Positions 37,267-51,100 of a stretch of DNA of 64,000 nucleotides are shown here, piece by piece. The stretch's first letter is position 1; each line of letters opens with the position of its first letter. The translations under genes and the position numbers were made by a program. Source of the stretch: Takakia lepidozioides. Lineage: Eukaryota; Plantae; Bryophyta. Location: contig CM060733.1 of NCBI GenBank assembly GCA_030704615.1, forward strand, positions 11,284,001 to 11,348,000, in the 5' to 3' direction. A model generated the notes under the pieces. That model worked only from the letters and a program-made list of their open reading frames with translations. It was not told where the DNA came from and searched no databases.

Positions 37267-37691
37267 AGTTGGCAAATGAAGATTCCTTTCAACGTGTAGC
37301 CGAAAAATTCTCTCTCTCTAGCCAACTGGAACGCAAATCCCACTTGCAAGATACACATGAAGATATCCACATACCTCCGATGGATCACTGATTGAATATT
37401 GCAGAAGACTCTGCAGAGCTTTTGCCCCACAAATTCTGCAACTAGTTGAACATCATTCCCCCATAAGATTTTACCAACATAGTCTAACTCCCGCTGCCTC
37501 TTATTCGATTTTAGATACCCAAGGGAATTGAGACTGAGCCTTACATAAGAATGGCGTGAGCCTAGGTAACTGTCACGCCCGAGAAGAGGCTCGTCCAAAC
37601 CGTCAGCACCAGATGAATCCACTCTGTCAAATTTCTTGCCACCGACATCCTCATGATGAACTCTTCTCCTCAAGGCACCTGAGCTCATCAT
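30247..37691 (-). CDS. ELMO/CED-12 domain-containing protein (ELMOD family), ~10 exons
   Basis: Exon peptides: MMSSGALRRRVHH (from 37691); RLQKLQERLSVPFDGS; LRALWHVAFP...SEQWKEMGWQGPDPSTDFR; GGGFVSLENLLFFA; WEYPFAVAGLNISFMLIQMLDL; AFDMLYCVAFEMMDAQWLAMRASYMEFN; TRAQLEREMMLEDVHHVEDLPAY...stop at 30247. Confidence 0.92.
32221..32290 (-). mobile_element. Short 3'-end fragment of the LINE family, in an ELMOD intron
   Basis: aatgtactca...ccttgtggccatagaccctgcgcccagtttgggcggaaca is the same terminus as at 34827, 35417, 47145 and 47264. Confidence 0.8.
34827..36720 (-). mobile_element. Three tandem 5'-truncated copies of the LINE family separated by GA tracts (34827-35270, ~35300-35410, 35417-~36720), in an ELMOD intron
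   Basis: Peptides closely similar to the 39.7-41 kb LINE C-terminus (RRDEFKVRWWGQL..MPNTRYPK, LGTRLKFKLR.GSL) plus the CCHC knuckle CPPCGQPEDNIHFLIHC. All share the same 3' terminus. Confidence 0.85.
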
Positions 37692-39769
37692 TCTTGAAAC
37701 AGGAACCGTCGATACTCCACAGATCAAAATCGAAACACTTTCAGTGAAAACGAGCTTCACACGCTCCTCAAAATTCTACTATCATATGGCCAGATCCAGA
37801 GTAAGTCTATGACGTGATCGTTGTGCAACAGTCCACTGCCTTATAAACGACATAAACTGGGTAAAAATTCCTTCAAGACATCAGGTGATCTGACTTCAAG
37901 CCTCTACCCCTGTTACCAATACTCACAAAACAAGCGTAGATCCGCTACATCTTTTGGTCTCCCCCTGACCAGTTCCGCAAGGGACACAACCTCCATCTCA
38001 TCAATAGTTCAAGATCCCACAAGATCCACCAGTCCTAATCTGAAGAGTAAAAGATCTTGACTTCATCAAGCCCCGATTAACTACAACCCGAAGAGATTCG
38101 GACCAGATGTTCGAGGCAGAGACGGAAATTAGTGAATCCCTTCCTCCATATCCCTGCATATCCCCATGACAAACCCTACTCAGAATCCACAGTACGTAAC
38201 TGGCCCCACTCACTTCCCCTCCACTCTGAAGAGTCAGAAATCAATTCTTCAACTGTGTCGACAAAGAATGTATGGATGCATTGTTCCGAGACTTTCACGT
38301 AAGTTGGTGGATGACCCTGTGCACCAGAGGTGATTTTGGGTTCAACTTCACAGGGTCCTGCCTTAGAGGATGCATCTTCGGACCCAAAGGGCAGATTCTC
38401 AATCTGGGAAAGCAAATCGGAGGATGATTGGAAAGAGTCCAAGGCGTTGTTGGGTTTGTTGAATTCTCTTGATTTTCATGTCTATGCAGGGGATGGGCTG
38501 GCTCGGGAAGGACGGAATGCTTGCTTTTTGTTGGGATACTTTGCATGGGAGCATGAATGGTTGCACGGGAGCCGAGGAGGCCAAGGGCCAGGCAGCGCAC
38601 GTGTCCAGACACTCTCATTTCTCTCCTTTCTCTCTCTCCCTCTCTCACTTTAATGTAGCAATTTAGAGTAGCTGCATTACAATCGTCCTTGAGGATGGGA
38701 ATGAGGTCATGCCCTCGATATGTGGTGCAGTCTTCTGCCTTCTGTTGTGCGGGGGATGTTCGATATCGGAGTGCTGCAATCGGGTCCGTGTCGACCTCCA
38801 GGAGGAAGCTTGTCGGGTTGCATTCTGCCTTCTTACCTGGAGTATGCATTTCAAGATTGGCTTTGAAGATATCCCAGAGAAACTGCACTGCTAAGTTGAT
38901 GGGTGGTGGTGATCTGTCAGGTTCTTCGCGAAGGTCTTCTTTCTCCCCAAACATCCATATGTAATCCGATAGTATCAGTGCCTTGTTTTGGTTTTGTCTG
39001 CTGCAATCAAAATTTCGCCAGAAAGTTGCTTAGAAACAAGCATGTGATAAAATTGAGAGATGCATTCTTGGCTACACTCAAATCTAAGACCTCGAATATG
39101 CGAAATGTAGCCTACATGGGCTATCAGAATTATTGGAGAAATTTTTTAGGCAATGTCTGTTCTCAGTTGTACATGTTACGGTATGGGTGTCCAGTGTCCA
39201 CAATGGCCATGCATCTTGCCCTCATGGCTTGGCGACCTGGATAGGTGCGTATGTGAGAGACACAGAGAAGAAGAAATACAATTTACTTTGGCCAGGGCCC
39301 AGATGGCTCGCGAGAGAGAATGTAGTCGTAGAGAGAGAGAGATAGGGCTTGTCTTGTCATGACAATGAAGAATCTGTCAGGACTTGACCAGATCAGAAAG
39401 TTGTTTTTCAAAAAAACCAGGACAAAACAGCGTTGCATTGCAAGGCACCATCACCCTTCTCCTAACCACAAGTCTTGTTCCTGATTTGTTCACACTTCTG
39501 TCAGACTGGGATTTCCAGAAAACCGAAATTCATGCTTTTTAGCATGTGGACTGTAGGTCAGTGACCTCCAGGTCAACCTTAGCCTTTACTTAAGAAGACC
39601 AGTGCTTGCTTAAAACCATAGAGATCTCTGCCCACAGTAAATGTCTGAGCATAGTACTTCTCTATGAGGATGATTAGGTTTCATCAAAGTAGTGTCAACA
39701 CAAATACTTCCCTGAAAATCACATGTCTCAAAACTGAGACAAATCCAAGTCTTCCACCATAGCCCGAAT

Positions 39770-42700
39770 GGCAGATTGCCCACACAACGGGCAATTGCAC
39801 TCTCCCTTGCCTCTCTGCTTCTGTTTGCTGTTCAAAGGTAGGCTTCCTGCCCTGAGTTTAAATTTTAGTCTAGTGCCGAGAGTGGGTAGACCCTTGAGGT
39901 CATCCAAGATGTCCTCCCCCATGTCACTGACTGGAAACAAGTTCAGGGAAGTTTTCTTTCATCAGACAATCTCATGGCAACAGACTTGGCTTTGGACACT
40001 ACAGCCTCTAAGTCAGATTTATCCAGCAGGGTCAAGACTTGCGGATCCAGGTCCAGGTCCTTGAGAATCTCTTCTACTCTCTTCTGCCAGGACTTAGCCT
40101 GTTTGACAGGGCGGTCCTGTTTCCAAGATATAGAGTCGATTAGCTTAGGATATCTGGTGTTGGGCATATGTTGCAGCTGACCCCACCATCTGACCTTGAA
40201 TTCATCTCGTCGGGAGCTTAAGGACGGAATGCCAAACTCACCCCGAACAGCACATTGGCTGTTTTGGAGCATGCTGACATACACCCCTTAAGCACCCCCA
40301 CTTGAATGGATTCTAGAGACTTAGCCTGGTTGGAGTAATCAACCCATATTGCAGATCCGTACTCCAAGGCAGGTCTAATAGCACGACAAAGCATGGTTTT
40401 CTTAACCTCAGAGTTGACCCCTCTGCAGTGGAAAAATTTAGTGAGCCCCAAAGCTTTGCCCTTGCCAGTTTGAACAACTTTCCGGATATGTGCATCCCAA
40501 TTACAATTGGAGGAAAACTCAACGCCCAGGTAAGTGTAGGAAGGGAGGACCGGGATCTCTTGGCTACCCCACTGCCACTTAAGATCACTTCCTCCCTCTC
40601 CTCTGTCGTTGAATGCTACCACTGCACATTTGCTGACATTAGCCTCTAGCCCCCAAAGATCAAAGTATCTCTTCGTGCAATCAATCAACTCCTGGAGATT
40701 GGTTGGAGTCTCCCCTATGCCTGCGAAGTCATCCGCAAACACAAGGGCTGGTATGGTGGTATCACCCACCCTTAACCCAAATCCCTCACTTTCCACATCC
40801 TCGAGGAGTTGATTGATGAAAACATTGAAGAGCAGAGGGGAGAGAGTACATCCTTGAGCTACACCTTGGTCTATGTCAAAGAAGTTGGACTTCTGTCCAT
40901 TAACAGTGACACAGCTTTTGGTGTGAGCATACAAGTTGTGGACAACTCTCCACATCTTTCCCTTGATCCCACAAGACCAGAGGCGGAACCATAGGCCATC
41001 TCTCCACACTGTGTCATAAGCCTTTTTGACATCCAGGAAAAAAACATAAGTGGGTTTCCCTTCTTTTTTCCTTCCCTGGATAATCTGGCTTAGAGTGAAG
41101 ATATGATCCACACAGCCCCTGTTTCGCCGAAAGCCAGCTTGGCCTTCGTGGAAACAACCTCTAGACTCCAGATCAACCTCGAGACGAGTACTTATAACTC
41201 TGCAGAATGTCTTGCGAACAGCATTGAGGAGCGTGATGCCACGGTAGTTCCCCGGTTCTTCTCTGTCACCCTTTAGCCACGGAGGAAACGAAACTCTCCT
41301 AAGAGTCCACTGCTCTTTCGACTTCATTTCTTGCGTTAACAGAGCGTGACTGAAGTTCTTGGAGCGATTGGACAAAATGAGGGAGAGCCTCTTGCAAGGC
41401 CTGAAGGTACTCAGCCTTGACCTCCTCATTGTGGAATTTTTCTATGCGCCACTTCCGAATCGAACGTTTCACAGATCTCTTGGTGGTGGGAAAACACCTT
41501 TTGATCTCAGTCCAAACCAGGAAGTGGTCGGAGGTACCAATATCAGTTCTGTCGATCAACACATTGGCACACTGGGGGAACAAAATTTTGTCCATTATGA
41601 TATAGTCCACAATGGAACGTTCCCCAGTTTGGGATTTCTCACGAGTCCACTGCACTTGGTCACCTCTTGTCCTGTTATTCAAGGTCAAAAGCTGAAGCTC
41701 TTCTAGACAGTTAATTAACCGACTGCCATTAGAATTCAGCTCGTCCTCACCAAAAGGTCCAATGATATCGTCCTGATGGATCCCTTTGCCCACCCGGGCA
41801 TTGAAGTCCCCCAATAGTACCACCTGACCTTTGGCAAGGAACGAAGCACAGTCCAGCTTTACATCTTCGAAGGCTTTGTCTGCGTCAGCACTAAGGGTCC
41901 CCTCTGTGGGCATGTAAACACAACCCACAAAGAGGTCCTTTGTACTCATGCCGCCCTTCAGATTCAGTTTTAGCCAGATACTATGCTCGTACCTCAAACC
42001 CTTGTTGATAATTTCACAATTGTCAAACAAGAAATCACGGACAAAGAATCCAACCCCTTTTTGACCGCGTTGGCAGAGGCTGCCTTGAGAGTACACATCT
42101 TACCTGCCCATTTATAACCATTGACATCTCCAACCAGTTTATCCGACGTTTCCCATGTTTCTTGCCCAGCACAGATATGAATATCATTAGTCCGAAGAAC
42201 TTGTCCCACTTCGAGTTGTTTCCTTTGGTTGGTCAACCCTGAGAAGTTGAAAGTGGCCAGCCGCAAGCCAGCCTTTTGCATGTGAATTGTTTGTCGTCTA
42301 GGTAGCTTGTGATTGCTCCTGGACGGCCAACCGTTCTGCAAAGGGGGGACAGTTACCCCATGTGTAGATTTTGCTCGACTTGTGTAAACTTTGAGAATTG
42401 GTAAACCATTCAGGGTACCAAATCTTTCAGTTACACGACGCACAGGCTCCGCACACATAGGGGCAGATTGTCCGTCACTGCTTGGGGACAATTACCCCGT
42501 GTATAGATTTTGCTCGTCTTGTGTAGACTTTGAGGATTGGTAAACCATTTAGAGTACCAAATCCTTCAGTTACACGACGTTCAGGCTCTGCACACTTAGG
42601 GACAGATTGTCCATCTGACGGCTTGGGGACAATTACCCCGTGTATAGAATTTGTTCGTCTTGTGTAAACCTTGAGGATTGGTAAACCATTCAGAGTACCA

Positions 42701-43535
42701 AATCCTTCAGATTCAGGACGTTCAGGTTCCGTACACTTAGGGGCATCTTGTCCTTCTGGCTGTTTGGATTCAACCCCATCCAGAGCATCAAACCGATTAG
42801 AATTTCTCAAGTTGAAGTCGTTGCCCTTGGTTGTCTTCCTAGAGCGCCCCATTGAATCACCAATGTCTAAGACCGCTCTCCAGCCAGTCAAGGGACGAAC
42901 TTCTTTGAGATTGAATTGATGTGGGACTCTATTAGAAGCACTTTTGGTCATTGCAACCTTCAACGTACCCCTGTTATCAAGTCTCGAGATGGTACCATTA
43001 GCCATGAAATCCAAGCCTAAGCTAGAGCATGTAGTTTTAAAGGACACATCGTCCATCCTGGGATTCACCCCAAAAACTACACATGAAGCCCTAGATTTGG
43101 CATAAGTAACCAATTCCCAGGGATCACCCTGAGGAGTGTTGATGTTGATAGGAGCTAAAATTTTGGATTGTTCTCGCAGGCTATAAGTTTAAGCACAGGA
43201 ACCAACCCGAGCCCAAGTGCCGAGTATGCTAGACAGAGCATACGACTGCCCAATTTGGGCGGGGGGGCTGCCCCCAAGCGGTAGGAGTCCGCTTGTTACC
43301 ATTCAGAGATCACACTCCAGGGAGTTGCAGGGAATGGCCCGTGTAGGCATATTCTAAAGAGGGAAAGGCCCCAAGCTTTCCAACTAAATCCAATGCACTA
43401 CCTTACCTGAAGCAAAGCGCTTCAGGTCAAAACAAACAAGGACACGAGGTCACAAGGCCGGCATTTAGTCACAGAGACATTAATGTACTCCCGTATCAAG
43501 TCCACCCAATGTCAATAGGCTTCCTAGAGGACAGG
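39770..43535 (-). mobile_element. Non-LTR retrotransposon (APE-RT LINE; clade uncertain, RTE/RTEX/L2-like), near full length but frameshifted, internally deleted and 3'-truncated
   Basis: APE motifs: LATFNFSGL, GQETW, GVGFFV, LLGDFNARVG, SIVDYI, SDHFLV. RT motifs: GNYRGITLL, QAGFR, FLDVKKAYDTV, GVAQGCTLSPLLF, FADD, YLGV. The APE-RT linker is deleted at ~41290. The 5' end abuts a (GA)n tract at 43537-43560. Confidence 0.92.
42343..42750 (-). repeat. Three tandem ~141-bp (47-aa) coding repeats in the LINE N-terminal region
   Basis: PKCxEPERxxxEGFGTLNGLPILKVYTRRxxSIHGVIVP occurs three times, with DNA periods of 139 and 141 bp. Confidence 0.9.
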
Positions 43536-45137
43536 GAGAGAGAGAGAGAGAGAGAGAGAGAATAATGTATGAAAGAACTTTCTTGGCATGCGAGACAGTG
43601 AGATTTCTAGGCAATTTTAGTCATCCCTTGTCTGTGTTAAGTTCTGGAATTGCTACATTGACTGACTACTACTTTACATTAGCTTCATTACGGCCGTGCA
43701 TGTCTTGAACGGCATGACTGATGCGGACAAAATTGTCCCTCCGATATTTGGGAACCAAATCAGGTTGAGACATACTTAGGCTGTAAGTTGTCGCCATTGT
43801 TAGTGAAGGCGGCGGGCTGCAACCAGCATGAGAGCAATAGTAGGCAACTGCAATCAGACAACTGGTTCGGTCGTTTGCTAATCATCCATTGGAGAAGGAC
43901 TTGTTTAAATTTTTTGTGTAGCTGACATGCCTACTGTGTGATGATGATCAATTGTGGTGCTAGTATCGTGTCATTAGTTGTAACATCCTAGTTTATACCC
44001 GGTGACCATTCACTGCTACACATCATGCATTTTGTGTTTGCAACCGCCACTCAATCTTGCATAGGGGATTCAGGTTGCTACGAGAGGGTTATAGCAATTG
44101 CACATTGAGAGTCTGGCTGAACTAGGGTAGTGTGGTATCAGCACAGTCTAGTCTAGGTTGGCAAAGCATGAACAGCACCCGTTGTTATGGCCACAGCACA
44201 TGGCAGGCTTGATCCGTTGCTCATTTATTGTCTCTCATATGACAGGCTGGGTTCATATCTGCCAGAGAAGGTGTCCGTATGTCTTCAGTTGCATCAAAGC
44301 ATTGATACACCAGTGGAGGTCATTACCTCTCTTCCAACCCTGCATTTCCTCACCTTTTGTGCAGCTTGCTAAAACTTCAAAACACTCACTCCCAACCCTA
44401 GTGGTACAAATGGAACCCAGTTGGCTGGAAGAGAGCTATGCCAGCAGTAAGTCCTCCACCCAGCATGGAAGGCTGTAACTTGTGGGCTGTATGACTCCTA
44501 AGGCTACATCATCTATTGGCATGGAATATTGTTATGGCCTCTTACTACACATCTCTGTTTTTCTACCAATGTCCTACGGACCCCCTGCATGTAATAAAGT
44601 TAGTTTCTTTCTTTTCCTCTTTCTCATCAAGCTGCACCAATGGTCTTCAAATTCATCCTTTGGGGACTTTCCTCTTCTAATATTTATCCACAATTTCCAT
44701 TCGTCTCAGGGTTCAGGACAAAAGTTGCAATGCCGATCAAAAGACATATGTAGGAGGGGCCCACAAGCTTTGAATGCTTATGCCGAGGTGAGAGCTGCTT
44801 TGCTTTACTGGGACAAGCATTTTTTCACATATTGGGGTGCATGTATCTTCTGAATGTTATATCTGATCTGTTCGTCTTTATTGACTAGGGGGGTATCACA
44901 ACTTCACTATAGACTCTAGTGAATTAGTGCACCTGCAAAGCAATCTCTATAAAGATAGTTCTCTCTCATAGTATCTAGGGCATGAGAAATGCTTTACAAA
45001 CCAGACAGATTCTCCAGCACTAGAGGCACAGAGAGAGAGAGAGAATCAGAAGACTTCTTTCTGTTTTATGTCTTCGAGAGAAGGAGAGTGTCTTGTTGGC
45101 GAATTTTTTCTGAAGAGACTACTATTGTGATGGACAG

Positions 45138-48100
45138 GCATATGCACAGGGTTTGAATGCAGAGACTGAGACATTCAAGGTGTCATCTGGTAAGGCAACT
45201 CCACTGGGTGCCTCTCGACAGGAAAATGGGGTCAATTTTGCTCTCTTTTCAGAGCATGCAATGTCAGTTTCTCTGTGTTTGTGAGTTCTTCTCTCTTCCT
45301 GTTTCACCCAAGGGAATTTGGTTTTGCTTGTCCTCAATCTTTGTTTTTTCTTACATCTGTGCAATGTTGATGCCATTGCGGTTGGCTACTTATATTCTTG
45401 TACTTTAGCTATCTTTATGAATTTGTTGATGGCACTGGGCTTACTTCATTTCAGTCCTACCTACTTATATGTTACAGTGGTGAATGGCAGATATTTGGAT
45501 CCTTCAAAGACAGAAGAGCCAACAGAAGAGATTCTGTTGGATCCCCAAAAGAACAAAACAAACAATGTATGGCATGCCTGTGTTGAGGTAGATTGCAATG
45601 CCCTCCAGAGATAGATGCCTCAGATTGTATCCATACTAACTCTTTGACTATTATGGGAGTGGATGTACTTATTTGTCTAGGTTGATGTGGCCTATATGGT
45701 GAGAAATAAAGATTGGGGGAGGTGTGAAGAGGGCTGGGGGAGGCAGAATGGAAGGCGTAACTAGAGCAGAATGCTTTCTGTAGTAGTGGGGCTAACCTAA
45801 GAAATATATTTATTCTGGACTTCCAGATTTACTCTAGAAAGCTGTGTCACAGCTTCTGGCATTGACTTGAGAGGAGAGCTTCAATGACAATCATTTGGGT
45901 ACTGATTAAAAAAGAGGTCTAGTAGCGATCAGCTGTATTTTGCCAATGTCTCCCATCTCATGCTGGTCTTTAGTACCCTTCCACCTATTGTGGAGTGCTA
46001 TTCACCAATGACCTACCTTCTGCTAGGGCACAGATGTCCTTTCTGTGGCATAGCATCTACAGCCGCATCGGCATAAAAACTCCAGGAACAAGTAGATATC
46101 TGTTGCCAAAGATATTTGTTGGATGCTTATGAAAGCAGAGATGATGCGCATTCCAGCAGTGGTTCTGATGCTCCTTCCTACCTGACTGTTTACGTGAGTG
46201 GTTCTGGAACAGCCTGGTTTTGGTCTTGGACTTTTTTGGTAACATTTTGTTGTCTTGAATCTATGATGGCTTGCTCTTGATTCCTCCTCTCTCACCCCAA
46301 CAAGTGTGTATTGTACTGTGGAACTAAGATTTGATTTGGCTTGATTCTTTTCTGTGATTTGTTTGTGCTTACGTACAGAACTTGCCACTGAAGGGGGTCC
46401 TGTATGGTTACCGAGTGGGTGGGCCCAAAGGGTGGGAGAAGGGGCACCGTTTTGACAGCAGCAAAGTGTTGCTAGACCCGTATGCAAAACTTGTGGAAGG
46501 TCGCCGCATATTTGGAGATTCAACTCATAAGATGACTGAGTTTCTTGGCACTTTTGATTTTCATTCTGAAGAATTTGCTTGGGGAGAGAACTACGAGCTC
46601 CCTTCAATACCAGAGGTAATCAACTAGCTACTTGTACGAACAAGTAGGAGATTCCCAAGGACACTTGGCAGAATAGTTAAGCACCTCCATGAGTTTTTGT
46701 CACAGCTGCCACCGCCTCTTTTCGAGTTTGTTAGTGGAGGCTCTTTTGCTATCAAAATTCCAGCCAACATTTGACAAACACTGATGAAAGCAAGGTTGGA
46801 GGATGTGGGGGACAGAATGACCTAGTAATATATGAGATGAATGTTCGGGCCTTTACTGTGGACAAGTCATCTGGAATGGATGATACTACACGTGGAAGCT
46901 ATCTGGGCATCATTGAGAAGGTACAGTCTAATTTTTCTTGTTAGGGAAAGAAGAGGGTTGATTGGATCAGAGAAGAGGAAACAAGTTGGCAGAGATCCGC
47001 AGGAGGTCCTACGGTCATGTTAACATGGGAAGAGACCAGATTTTGAATCTGTTGACAAGGGTTTGGTTGTTGCTGGAATTCTGAGCACTGACAGCAGACA
47101 ACATCACTCTTTTATTGTACTTTTATGCAGTCCAGAGACAAGAGAATGTACTCATAAGATACTGTTTGCAGTAGCCTTGTGGCCATTGACTCCACACCCA
47201 GTTTGTGCAGAACAGACACTACCTTTGTGAGGGCCTCACTCCGGTAGTGGATGAGAGAGAAAGATTGTACTCATAAGACGTTGTTTTCCGTAGCCTTGTG
47301 GCGATTGACCCCGCACCCAGTTTGAGCGGGAACAAAAGGGACAGAACCTACCTCTGTCAGGGGCTGATGAGAGAGAAAGAAAGAAAGGGAAAGGTTTAGG
47401 GGCCCATGGGGCAAGAACTTCTTCAGCATTCAGAATTTCTCCTCACTATGTTCATCTCTTGGCTTGGGTCTGTCCTGTCCTCTTTGTGCATTGACAATGA
47501 TGACTGGAGGTACGGGATAAAAGCTAACAAGGTGTAGTGTCAGATTCCCCATCTGGTTGAGCTTGGTGTTAATGCAGTAGAGCTGCTGCCCATGTTTGAG
47601 TTTGACGAATTTGAGTTTCAGCGGCGGCCGAATCCACGAGATCACATGGTGGGTCTTCGCTTTCTCTTCATCATGTTTCTTCTTACCTACCTCTCTCAAA
47701 CCTCTCTGTTTGCTTACCTTCTGCTATGTTGTTGATCTATAAAGGCCCTCAGGCCCCTGGTTGGACGTAGTAAAGTTTCTTTCTTTGTTCTCTACAGTCG
47801 CCACAAGTCTACAGTGTGCATTGTTCATGTTTATGTCCACCCAGTCTGCGTATTTTGGTTTTGTAAATCTGGTGTGGAACTTTCTTATGGTCCATGCAAC
47901 CTTCTCCTTGTTCTTATGGCAAATGACTCACTGAGAGTATTCAAAAACAGATCAACACATGGGGCTACTCAACCATCAACTTCTTTGCTCCTATGAGCCG
48001 GTATGCAAGCAATGCAGGAGGCCCGGTTTTTGCGTCGCTTGAATTCAAACAGATGGTTCGTGCACTCCATAATGCAGGCATTGAGGTACTACCTGATTTA

Positions 48101-51100
48101 ACGGTAGAGCTGTTGCGATTCACTTTCAAAATAGCATTGGGATATATTGAATTTTATCTTGACCCTTAATCCACTTGGGGATTGGTATCATGTGAGCACA
48201 ACATGACCACAAACCATGGTAATAGGGGTTTTATGTTTTCAAACAGAAATGAAAGTCATTAACGGATATAGGGCACTGGGTGCGTGTATAGGGTACTATT
48301 GCGCCAATACGATAAGTTACCTCAAAAAGAGGATTGGGCATTGTTAATTTTTTTATGTTCTGGTGAAAGCTAGTTTGTGTTAACGTCGGGCAGTTTGCTA
48401 TTCAGGAATTTCACTCGAAAGGGTGTGGTGCTGGGTTGGGGGGTGCATATTGTAATGGAGAGGACAGGTGATCCTGGATGTAGTGTACAACCATACCAAT
48501 GAAGCTGATGATGCTTTCCCTTATCTCACTTCATTCCGTGGTATTGACAACCTGGTACGGTGAAGAAGTCCCTGACCGTCCCCTCATTCTTGCCTTCTCT
48601 TGTCGTACTTGTATCTAGTATGTCTCTTTTCCCTCTCTGCTAGTTCCAATCTCAGGGTGTGCCATATGGCCACTGTGTTAAGTGTGTTGTAAAGCTGAGC
48701 CCATGGATTATTCAACTAGCTGCCAATGACAGCCAAGTCTGAGGTTGTTAGTTTGGATTACTGATGGCCCAAGCATGAAATGGGGTGGATGCAGGTGTAC
48801 TATATGGTGGATTTGAACAGCTATGTGCAACTTGCAAACTACGGGGGCTGTGGTAACTCTTCCATGATACAGACATGCACTGTCCCTGGTTTTGGAAGCT
48901 GCCTTTCAAATGAACACTCAAATTGTATATTAGATGCAATGCAGTCAGCCTTCGCTCACACTCAACATTGGTGTGAAATGGGGGCTGTGGTAACTCTTCC
49001 ATGATACAGACATGCACGGTTTTGGAACTTCCTCTCGAATGAACACTAAAGATCATGTATCAGATGCACTGCAGTCAGCCTTTGCACACAACATTGCTAA
49101 GAAATGGACACTGAAAGCTTACCAAGATAAATTTAAGTAGAGTTTTTTTTCTAACCTGTACCAGTCCAACCACTACCCAGGCTTAAATTTTTGACACTTT
49201 TGATGTCAGGACTGCTACTGAAGTGGTGAGTCTTCTAGTTCCTTTTAGAGCAAGAAGCTAAACACTTTTGATGATGTCTACCAAATGGCTTCAAATTTAA
49301 TTTGTGATGGGGTTGTGATCGGGTGGTAGGAAATACTTTCAATTGCAATCATCCAGTTGTCATGCAACTTATTCTGGACAGCCTTCGCCATTGGTGCTTA
49401 TCCTCTCCCTTCACACTATTGCTTCCTGAAGTGCATTTCGTGCATGTGTGTTCATTACGTTTAGCTGTGAGCCCCGTAACTTTGGTTCAATCTGTGGATA
49501 TGGTCTGCGAATATATAGAGGACATGAAGGAAATGGCTGTTTTCTGGAGTCCCAAATTTGCTGTTCTCCTGTGGTAATTGAAGAAACTTGGTCCTGATTA
49601 TTGTGGATTCTTGAAGACTCACAGGAAATTCACCAACTGTGGGTGATAGGGTAGAGGAGTATCATGTTGATGGCTTCCGATTTGACCTCGCCAGTATTCT
49701 TTGTCGCGGCACTGGCGGGGCTCCACTCTCCTCTCCACCCATAGTTAAGGTATGCTATCTCCCATAAGTTCCACTTGTTTGCCCTTGGTATGGGAGGGGA
49801 TGTTTGTAAGGAATATTTCTGATCACTGGCAAGATCATCAACATACAGGCAATTGCCCAAGACCCGGTGTTGAAGAGGTGTAAGCTGATAGCAGAGCCCT
49901 GGGATTGTGGAGGCCTTTACCTTGTTGGCCACTTCCCGAACTGGGACAGGTTACCTCCTCCTTTCATGACTAAATGTCGGCACATGTTTTCTCACCCATT
50001 TTCTCACCCATGAGTGGTTGCTTTGGAGACTCATGGTTGATGTCATTGAATTAGAATGGTTCGATAGAAGTCTGTCAGTTACTGCAAGCTCAAAATTTAT
50101 CCTAGAATAATAATGTTGCAATGCCAAAATATCCAGTTTTAGCAAACAGTTACTCAGTGTTATAATGCTTGTTTACACCAAAAGTTCAAACTACCAAGCC
50201 TGTTTGGCCTTGCCATAGCTTTGTACCCTAGATCCTTATTTCAGCTTGGAGGAGGTAATCAAGGGGTCTCAGTCATGGGTCCAAGATTTCCATAAGTGGC
50301 TACACACCTTTGACATCTGATTTAAGCATATTTTTCCTTCAAAATGTGAGCAATCATCAACAAGATATACCAGAATTAAATCTAATCCATGGGGATTTTT
50401 CGTCGGGTGATGGGGCAGGTGGGCAGAATGGAATGGCAAGTACCGTGATGATGTGCGCAGGTTTATCAAGGTGTGTGCTCTTCCTTGCGTTCTAGTACTT
50501 GATGCTAGTTGATGGAGCGTGTGCCCTTTTCTGATTACCATCCATGAGGGCTGCCATGTGTTTCACAACCAGAATACACATGGTGACAGACCTAGGAGTT
50601 GACTTGTAAAGTTCTTGTCTTTCTTCCTCTTCAAAATCCAGCTTCGAAGAAGCAAACCCTGATTTCTATGAATCCTACCGGTGGTAAAGCGCAGAGGGTT
50701 GCCGTATTATGCAGTCAAACCTTCAACTCTGCTCCCCTTACCAAACTGTGAAGTCATCTCGAGTATGCTCTCTGAATGCCTAAACACTTGCAAGTGTGAG
50801 GTTTCCTGTGCCTCACTCCCATGTGTGGTCTATACATTTTTAAGAGTCTTGAACTTGGATGGTACCTGGCTTTGCAGGGGGATCCGGGCATGAAGAGTGC
50901 ATATGCGACTCGTCTATCTGGATCTGCTGATCTATACCAAGTAAGCTTGTATGAGAGAGGCTGCGTCTGCATTTGAAAGTTTTCTTTCCTACATTGTCTA
51001 ACACTGGACCATAACCTATGTCACCTTCTGTATCCTTCAATTTATAATAGGAACTTGCGGCTTTTGCTTGATCAATTGAAGGTCAATGCTAGTGTATTGT

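Noticed and set aside
38176-38954. ORFs upstream of ELMOD (219 aa and 88 aa on -)
   Set aside because: No recognisable domain. One crosses a microsatellite and has only a faint Gypsy-like PIAALRYRTSP stretch.
44158-44853. Definite ISA3 start codon and first exons
   Set aside because: An exon at ~44710-44787 is plausible, but no upstream exon could be phased without a stop, so the start is left unresolved.
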